Source: an uncultured virus (IMG/VR IMGVR_UViG_3300010160_000040)
Lineage: Duplodnaviria; Heunggongvirae; Uroviricota; Caudoviricetes; Crassvirales
IMG/VR virus record: IMGVR_UViG_3300010160_000040
Reading direction: 5' to 3' (one strand)
DNA length: 20,000 bases
Below are positions 1-7,700 of the stretch, piece by piece; the first letter of the stretch is position 1, and each line of letters starts with the position of its first letter. The notes under the pieces are model-generated. The model did not search any database and was not told where the DNA came from. It saw only the letters and a program-made list of their open reading frames with translations. A program made the translations under genes and the position numbers.

Positions 1-2
1 TT

Positions 3-869
3 TTTTACAGGTACATAATTAAATCCTTTGTTCCTATCAAACTTATTATAATATGAAAAATATTTATCTTCTTTAGAATTTTTTTGAGCAGGAACATCAC
101 CTAATAATTCAAAACGAGCTTCAACTTCATCAGTTGCTTTTGTAGTAGGTTTAGTAAAAGTTACTTTTTTAGCTTTTATTATATCTACATCAGGATTTGC
201 TAATCCTTGTTTAACCATTGCTCTTTTAGCCCATTGTGTAACATCTTCTGCAGCATTTCCTATAGCAGTAGATGTGCTTATCACACTTTTTTCAAATGCC
301 TGTAATGTTGATTCTTCTTTAACAGGTGTTTTAGCTACTGGTACTTTAGTAGGTTTTTTAGTTGGTATAAAACTTAAATCTCTTTTAGCAGCCACTGTCG
401 GTTTAACTACAGGTTTAGTTTCAAAGAAATTAGCTTGCTCTAACTTTTTATAAGTTTTACCATCTTCTTTTTTAGATATAATTTTAGCTACTTCTTTCTC
501 TCCTATAGTATCTACTATAGTTTTTAAAGGTGTAGTTGAATTAACATTTATAACTTTACCTAATTGTTTAGCAGCTTGATTTACACTCTCTGTAAAGTAA
601 TTTACATACCCTTCATGATTATTGTTATCTGAAGCTGGTGCATATTTTTCAAGAAATGTATCAACAGTATGCTTTCTTTCAGGTAGCGCATCTTTTTTAA
701 CTTGCCTATTTAAAGCACTCCAACCATTTTCTAATGTTGTAAATTGATCAAACCCTCCCTTATCTTTAGGTAATTTAGGGTCCCACCCTTTTAAATTCCC
801 AGGGTTGTTATTAAATTCTGCTCTCGTAACTCCAGTAGGGCGAGCTTTAGTTTCTACTGAAGTTTCTAC
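3..869 (-). CDS. Frameshift-accessed (-1 frame) C-terminal extension of the 677-aa cargo protein: NNPGN-type lysozyme-like domain plus Pro/Thr/Lys-rich linker; runs off the window
   Basis: Manual translation gives an open frame from 887 to 3 with no stop: KKVETSVETKARPTGVTRAEFNNNPGNLKGWDPKLPKDKGGFDQFTTLENGWSALNRQVKKDALPERKHTVDTFLEKYAPASDNNNHEGYVNYF...IISKKEDG... The upstream in-frame TAA is at 888-890. The first GTG (395-393) and ATG (218-216) lie downstream of the conserved domain. Not in the supplied ORF track. Confidence 0.85.
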
Positions 870-875
870 TTTTTT
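820..875 (-). promoter_or_regulatory. Putative programmed -1 ribosomal frameshift signal: A_AAA_AAG heptamer plus 3' stem-loop/pseudoknot
   Basis: Minus strand reads GGA AAA AAG TAG, with the heptamer at 875-869 in X_XXY_YYZ phase. Stem AACUUCAGUAG (864-854) pairs with CUACUGGAGUU (838-828): 11 bp including one G-U, 15-nt loop. Loop GCUC (845-842) can pair with downstream GAGC (823-820). Confidence 0.8.
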
Positions 876-2899
876 CCAGCAGCAGGTTTATCTAGATAAT
901 CGCCTTTATCTACATCTAATTTTAAACTATATCTAGTAACAGCTTCTGAGTTAGTATATTTTCTATTAGGATTATCTGAATGGTACCAATAAGCTTTAAA
1001 TCTACCCTGCTTATCTTTCTCTCTTATAGCATAAACATATTTAGATGGATCGTTTGGATCTAAATAAACTTTTTCACCATTTGGTTCAAATTGTAAACTA
1101 TGAATATCATTAATTAAATTATTAACATTTTCTTTGAAAGCTATTTGAGTATTTTCTTGCTCTCTTATATTTGGATCAGGGTTCTTAGAAGTTTGTTTTA
1201 AATCCTTTATAAAGAAATTTTTAAACGTACCATCTTTAGCAAGGACAGTAATTTTTACTGCATTACCCCAAGAAGTCTTATCTGCTGAAGCTACTCTTAG
1301 ACTATTATCTGGATCTACCGAATATATTGAAGCAGGAACATCTGCTAATTTATCGGTACCTAATGTATACCCTAAACTTTTGAAAAATTCAGCTGAAGAA
1401 TTTCCTTTAGTTAATTCTTTCATAGTACTACCATCTATAATAGATATATTTTGCGATAAGAAACTGGCAGATATATCTTCTAAAGTTATATTTTTATCCG
1501 CTTTTCCTTGTATACCTAATATTGAAGGATCTATGATACTTGTAACACCCTCAGTATTAAAATCTGTAACAGCTGCATTTGCATCTACATAACCACTTTC
1601 AACCATTTCTTTAAAAGCTTTTTCTAGTGAAGTTATAGATTTACCACCTTCCATCTTGTCTAAAGCTTTTTGCATTAATTTAGGAGTTATTGCTTTTAAA
1701 TAATCTTTACCACCTTTTCTTGCTGGGGCTATAATATTATCAACAACAGCATCTTGATTTATAGCTCTATAATATTTTTCTAACAAATCTAACTTTTTAT
1801 CATCCCAATCTGCTAACGATATACCTTCTTCTCTAGGGCCGCCTGTGTAACCTTGTGAAGTATTTCCTAAAGCATTAGGTACTTCTCTAACAGTAATACC
1901 CTTTAAAGTTTCATTCATTTGCTTTTTAAAGCTATCAATATTTTTAATACCTGCAACATTAACTTGAGCCCCTTTTGTTAAAGCTCTATTAGCTAAAGGT
2001 GTAGCTTCTACTTTCTTAGTTTCTTCTTTTGGTAATTGCTGATAAGATTTATTATCTTGAGTTATTTCTCTTTTATAATAACCAGGAAAACCATTAGCAG
2101 CATCTTCTATAAATTGTTGTTGAGTGTACTCTCCTCCACTTAATCCGTATAGTTGTTTTTGATATTGCATAAAAGGAGTGTTACTATTTCTATTTTCTTG
2201 TTCCCAAACATTTCTAGCCCACTCTCTCACTTTTTCTTCTTTTAGTTCTTCTCTAGTGTATTTATGATCTCCTATTTCAACCATAGGTACACCAGTAAGT
2301 GTATCATACTTTTTAGGAGCTAAATCAAATTGATTACTAACAGCATCGCCAACAAACTTATCCATTTGATGCTGATAGTTTTCTTTATCATATATACCAG
2401 TAGGTGCTATAGTATTATATAAAGCAGCATGCTGATCATCTGTAATTTCAGACATATTAACTTTATTCCAAGTTGGAGTTTGTCCTAAATAATTAAAGTT
2501 AGTACCAACAGCTCTATTTAATTTACCCTCTACTAAGTTTTTATTTTGAAATTTTGAATAAACAGCATCATTATTTATTCTTTTAATAGTATCATTAGTA
2601 TTATAAACTTCAATAATTTTAGTTAAATTTTTAGAAGCTTCTTTATAATCCATAGTATTATTTAATAAGCCATTTCTAACATTATCAGTATTTTTTTTTA
2701 GCCAGTTATTATACTTTTGTTCTTCTTCAGTTGTTGTGTAATTTCCGCCTTTAACTCGAAGTTGGCTTGTTTTATCTAATAAGTCATCAACAGCGTCATC
2801 ATTAGCTTCCTTTTGAACTAGATTCTTTTGCATAAAATCTAGGTTTAAAGGAGAAAACTGGGATTGATACTCTGTAGTACTTGGTTTAAAAAATCTCAT
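866..2899 (-). CDS. Putative virion cargo/ejection protein (crAss-like, syntenic with the gene after cargo protein 1)
   Basis: 677-aa ORF with N-terminal YQSQFSPLNLDFMQ and a helical N-terminal region. Lies downstream of the muzzle and cargo-1-like genes, as in crAss-like genomes. Confidence 0.6.
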   Translation of the reverse strand: MRFFKPSTTEYQSQFSPLNLDFMQKNLVQKEANDDAVDDLLDKTSQLRVKGGNYTTTEEEQKYNNWLKKNTDNVRNGLLNNTMDYKEASKNLTKIIEVYNTNDTIKRINNDAVYSKFQNKNLVEGKLNRAVGTNFNYLGQTPTWNKVNMSEITDDQHAALYNTIAPTGIYDKENYQHQMDKFVGDAVSNQFDLAPKKYDTLTGVPMVEIGDHKYTREELKEEKVREWARNVWEQENRNSNTPFMQYQKQLYGLSGGEYTQQQFIEDAANGFPGYYKREITQDNKSYQQLPKEETKKVEATPLANRALTKGAQVNVAGIKNIDSFKKQMNETLKGITVREVPNALGNTSQGYTGGPREEGISLADWDDKKLDLLEKYYRAINQDAVVDNIIAPARKGGKDYLKAITPKLMQKALDKMEGGKSITSLEKAFKEMVESGYVDANAAVTDFNTEGVTSIIDPSILGIQGKADKNITLEDISASFLSQNISIIDGSTMKELTKGNSSAEFFKSLGYTLGTDKLADVPASIYSVDPDNSLRVASADKTSWGNAVKITVLAKDGTFKNFFIKDLKQTSKNPDPNIREQENTQIAFKENVNNLINDIHSLQFEPNGEKVYLDPNDPSKYVYAIREKDKQGRFKAYWYHSDNPNRKYTNSEAVTRYSLKLDVDKGDYLDKPAAGKK

Positions 2900-2936
2900 A
2901 TTTTTGTTTTTATATTAATATAATCAATTAATTTGA

Positions 2937-4769
2937 TTATTCTATTGGTGTAACTGGAGTTTTAGAATCATTAGCGCTTATTTTCTTTCTACTACTCACC
3001 TTACCATCAGCATCCATAACATACTCATAACCATCTGCAAGTAGCGGTAGCATTGTGTTTTGTGTTTTATTCATAGCTCTATCTTGACCATATCCTAAAG
3101 AGTTTTGCCCAAAGTTATGTAGACCTTGACTTACAGCACTTCTAGCTGCATCTTGTTCTTGCTGTCTAGCTTCAGATTCTCTCATTTGAATTTGAGCATT
3201 ATACTGATCTTTAGTTAAGTTAGTTTGATTTAAACCTTGTGTATTAGCTATATCATATTGACTTTTAATACCAGCCATAGTAGCAGCTCTATCCATACCT
3301 TCTTTACTAGTCAGAATACCCATATTAGCAAGGTACTCACCAGCACTAGTAGTAGTATTTCTAGCAGCGTTTTTAGTTGAGTTGTAAGCAGATGTCAATC
3401 CTTTATTAGCAGCAGCCATAGCTCCTCTAGGATCAGCATATTGATACTTACTATTCATCCTATCAAAATTAACAGGATCACCACCTTTTAAACCTCGTGC
3501 AACATCATAAGCAGGGCCTATAGTACTAGCTAGGTAACCTAATGGATTAACTTTTGTTTGTAATGGCTTATTAGTATTTGTTATAGTAGCAGGTGTTGGT
3601 GATACAGAAGATTTAGATAATGTAGGAGATGTAGTTTGTAAACCTACTCTAGATCTTTCATTTTCTATTGCTTCTTGAATAGCCCCTCTGTCAGTTGGTT
3701 GAGTTACTAATGTATTTGCTATATTACCTACAGCCTCTTTATCAGAATTTATATCATCAGTAGTATAGAATCCACTACTTTGCTGGCTTGGAATTTCAAG
3801 AGGGCCAGTTGCTGCATTAGGTTTATAATTAGAAAAATCATTAGCTTGATTAGTTAACTTATTAATGTTGTTCATCCAATTAGGCCCGCCCATTTGAAAC
3901 TTACTTTGTGAGTTATTAGTCATACCAGTACTTTCTTGTACTTTCATAAGATTACCTAACTCCCTTTCTTTAGACTCCATAGATATCTTATCATCTGGTC
4001 TTCTGGAATACTTGTTATTAATCTTTTTACTTACATCAGCAAAAGTTCTTTTACCTAATTGTAATGTATCACTAAATATATAACCATTATGATTAGTTTC
4101 TCCTCCTTCTACTTCTGATTTACCAATAGGTATACCGCCATTCTCATGTGTATTACCGTGGTACTCTGTAAAATTACCACCCATCTTAAACTGCTTACCT
4201 TGTGCGCTAGGATTAAAGTTACCAGCTATGTTAGAAGTCATTGCATTCTGCTGGCTAGATTTAACAGCACTATAGTCTTCCATTTTATTTTCATAAGTTT
4301 TCTTATCTATAGCTCCACCAATAGCACCTCCTACAGCCCCGCCTATCATAGTACCTACTCCAGGAATTGGTATAAATGAACCAGCAATACCGCCTGCTAC
4401 ACTACCTATAGTTTTACCTATATTCTTTTGAACAGGGGCATTAGGATCCGCTCCAGCTTGTTGAGGAGCTTGTTGACCTCCACCAAGTCCAGATAGATTA
4501 GGAAGTTTAAAACCTCCTGGAGCAGCAGCAGGAGCTGCAGCAGCTGGTGCTGTAGTAGGCGGTGTAAAATGTTTAACAGGATCTGTTAAACTAGTAGGTA
4601 CAGCAGAAGCAGGTAAAAGCGGAGGTAAACTTCCACCACCTTGATACTTCTGATTAGGAGATAAAGAACCTCCCATTTGAAATTGATTATATGCTTCTTG
4701 AGTAGGAAACTTCTCGTAGAACTCCTTCTCGGTCATCTTGTGTGTTTTAAGTATTTCTTGCTTTGTCAT
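2937..4769 (-). CDS. Putative cargo protein 1-like ejection protein with glycine-zipper membrane segment
   Basis: 610 aa, low complexity and Gln/Asn/Ala-rich. Contains glycine zipper IGSVAGGIAGSFIPIPGVGTMIGGAVGGAIGG, motif GNTHENGGIPIGKSEVEGGE recalled from crAss-like cargo proteins, and a helical C-terminus. Synteny fits (crAss001 gp45-like position). Confidence 0.65.
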   Translation of the reverse strand: MTKQEILKTHKMTEKEFYEKFPTQEAYNQFQMGGSLSPNQKYQGGGSLPPLLPASAVPTSLTDPVKHFTPPTTAPAAAAPAAAPGGFKLPNLSGLGGGQQAPQQAGADPNAPVQKNIGKTIGSVAGGIAGSFIPIPGVGTMIGGAVGGAIGGAIDKKTYENKMEDYSAVKSSQQNAMTSNIAGNFNPSAQGKQFKMGGNFTEYHGNTHENGGIPIGKSEVEGGETNHNGYIFSDTLQLGKRTFADVSKKINNKYSRRPDDKISMESKERELGNLMKVQESTGMTNNSQSKFQMGGPNWMNNINKLTNQANDFSNYKPNAATGPLEIPSQQSSGFYTTDDINSDKEAVGNIANTLVTQPTDRGAIQEAIENERSRVGLQTTSPTLSKSSVSPTPATITNTNKPLQTKVNPLGYLASTIGPAYDVARGLKGGDPVNFDRMNSKYQYADPRGAMAAANKGLTSAYNSTKNAARNTTTSAGEYLANMGILTSKEGMDRAATMAGIKSQYDIANTQGLNQTNLTKDQYNAQIQMRESEARQQEQDAARSAVSQGLHNFGQNSLGYGQDRAMNKTQNTMLPLLADGYEYVMDADGKVSSRKKISANDSKTPVTPIE

Positions 4770-4775
4770 AATTAA

Positions 4776-7700
4776 TTATTTTAAATTGTCTAACCAATTG
4801 CTCTTATTATTATTTAATTTACCACCGTTTTTATATTTTTTCTTTATACTTAAATCAGGTATAAATCCTTTAGTGTCATCAGGCATTAATGACTCTTTTG
4901 GTACATTCCATTTATCAGCTGTTTTTCCTGCTATTTTTTCTAACTCTTTAAGAAATTCATCTACCTTGACTGGATCATTATATCCATTTTTCATATTTGT
5001 TTCTAGCAATTTAGATATTTTTGTATGTTTACCTAAAGTATTCATTCCAGTAAGGCCTTTATTAATAAGTTCAAATTGAGGGTTAGCTTTATCATTAACA
5101 ATTTTTGCCCATATTGGATAAGAGTCCCCGCTTAAACTACCAGGATTAAAGTCCCATTTACCAGGTATATTAGAAATTAATTTATTTAGATTTACTGCTG
5201 TTTTACCAGCACTAATAGGATTTTTACTAAAAAAACCAAAATTTTTAAATTCTCCTACAGGATTAGTATCAGAAGGTAAGCTAACATGACTGCTAAATGA
5301 TCTATTAGGTGAATGAAATGTTGTTTCTGCAATATCAGCCTGTTTATTATTTAAATACCCTCTTAAATAAGCTCTTAATTTACCTTGACCTGCTGGCGCA
5401 TTACTATATAAGGAGGCAACTTCTTTTGATACTAAAGTACCTTCTTCCCCATGTATTAACCCTGATTTTTTAAAAGCTTCTAAATTTTCAGGTGTAAATG
5501 CTGAATTAGAAACAACAGAATTTTCATTAATTTTATTTAAGATTGCTTCTCTTACTTTTAATGCTGGTTTAGAATTTAAAATAGGTATTGTTATATTTCT
5601 TTCTAACTCTTTAGCTTTGTGAATTAGTTTTGAATTTTTAGGTGTAGCTGCTGTTACTGCGGCTCTACTGCTTGTTATAATATCATTAAGTCTAATCCAT
5701 TCTGGAGTGCCTGGCATATGGCCATTAATAGGTCTTGCAGTTTCATTAAGTACATTACCTACAGTAGAACTTGCGGCTGCAGATTTACTAATTACATTAT
5801 TTTTCAAATTTCTCATTCCTCCAATAGGATTTAAAGCCTCTGCAGCTACTACAGCAGCTTTACCTAATTTACTAGCAGCTTTAATAGGTAAACTACCAGG
5901 CATTAACATTAACTCAGGATAAGATGGTTCTAAAGCACCTTTGCCAGTAGCAGTTCCTTTTTTAGGACCTTGTTGATATACCTCTTGAGTTTGAGGATTA
6001 TTGACTGGAGTCCAAACTGGATTCATTCTTTTTGCTTCTTCTTTAGCTTCAGCATCAAGTCTATTTTTAGGTATATTAGAAGATAATCCTTTAAACCCTC
6101 CTAATTGAAATTTTTGAGGATACTCAGTTACTGTTTTACCTTTAAAGTTATACTCTCCACCTGGCTTCATCATCTGAGTGTCGCCACTATCTGATACACC
6201 AAGAACAGGGTAGTTTACTCCTTTCATTGTTATTTGATTAGAGTTAATTTTTGTTACTTTACCAGGATGAGCCCACTGACCTCTATTATCTTCTATAACA
6301 TTATTAGGATTACTTAAACCATCTAACCAACCACCGTTTCTTAATTTAGATTTTGCATTTTTAGATTGATAATCTAATAATGCTTTATTAGTTTCAGGCC
6401 CATATATACCATCAAAGGTTCCATCTAAGGTTCTATATTTAGTAGTAGATTTAGGTAGTTTATAACCTTTATTTACTAAAGTGGTTTGTAATTTTTTTAC
6501 ATTATAATCTCCACTTCCAGGAATAATATTATTTAACGCATTATCAGTATAATCTTTATTTGCTGTTAAGTTATTAGAAAGTTGCCCACTATTTTTAAAT
6601 GGCACTTCTGATTCTATTTCCCGTAAATATGCTCTAACTAAGTTTATATCATCTCCAAAATTGCTAGGATTTTTATCATTATCTCTATATCTTAGTTTAT
6701 GTTCTAATAAAGCAGCTTTAACATTAAGATTACTTGCATATTTAGATTGCATTGCTTTATATGTATCTGGTCCAAAATAACCATCATCTTTTACTCCTAA
6801 ATTTTTTTGTATTTGTTTTATATTATTAGGAGATAAATTTCCATAAGCTATCATTGCCATACCTGGCTCTCTTAATCTATGGGCATCATATTCAGCAGTC
6901 CCTGGTATTTTGTATCTTTCTTCACCATGTCGTATGTATTCATATGCAGTTTTGTACTCATAAGGATTAAATATATTCTCAAATAATTTAGGATCTTTTA
7001 AATGACTAGATTCTGCAATTATATTATCTATAAACTCATGCCCACTTTCAGGATTTTCTCCAACATTAATATTAGAATTTGTTTGTTCTGGCTTTATAGA
7101 GGCTCTATTAGGCTCTTTGTCAGAAGCTCCTTTCCAAGTTATACTACCTACATTTTTACCTCTATTAAGAGTTTTAAAAAATTCAGGATATTCTTTTCTT
7201 AAAAAATTATCGTATTCTTTTTGATTAGGATTGCTACCTATATATGGTATATAATCAGTATCTTTTCTTGTGTTATATCTTTGATTATTCCACATAAATT
7301 CTTCTTCTCCTGCTTTTCTTGCAGCATTAAAAGCTTGTCCTCTTGTTCCACTTTTAGTGTAATCATCTACTCCCCAATTGTAAGGATTTAAAGTAGCTTT
7401 TACTGCATCCCAACTTGGTAATATATCACTATTTTCTTCATCATTTACAGGGCCTCCCATGTCAAACCTCTTCTTAGATAAACTATTTAACAGTCCACCA
7501 TTCTTTGCATAAACCTTTCCATCATTAGAATTAGATTTAGATATAGTATTCATCATCTCAGTAATCTGATCATCTGAATAATACTGTCTTAATCTTTGTA
7601 ATTGATTGTAATCTTCAGATTCTTTAGTACCTTGATTATAAGACTCATTTACTTTATCTAAGTATTCCTTTTTAAAAGGTTGGGTAAGTGGGTCATAAAT

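Noticed and set aside
791..868. TAG-to-Gln recoding (genetic code 15, known in some crAss-like phages) as the explanation for the gap after the 677-aa ORF
   Set aside because: Reading through TAG at 866 and 854 in the same frame hits TAA at 791-793. The meaningful domain is in the -1 frame, and the multi-kb ORFs contain no internal TAG.
2920..2940. Inverted repeat ataatcaa-ttaat-ttgattat between the two cargo genes
   Set aside because: Nearly all A/T, weak stem, no U-tract on the coding strand; expected by chance at this composition.
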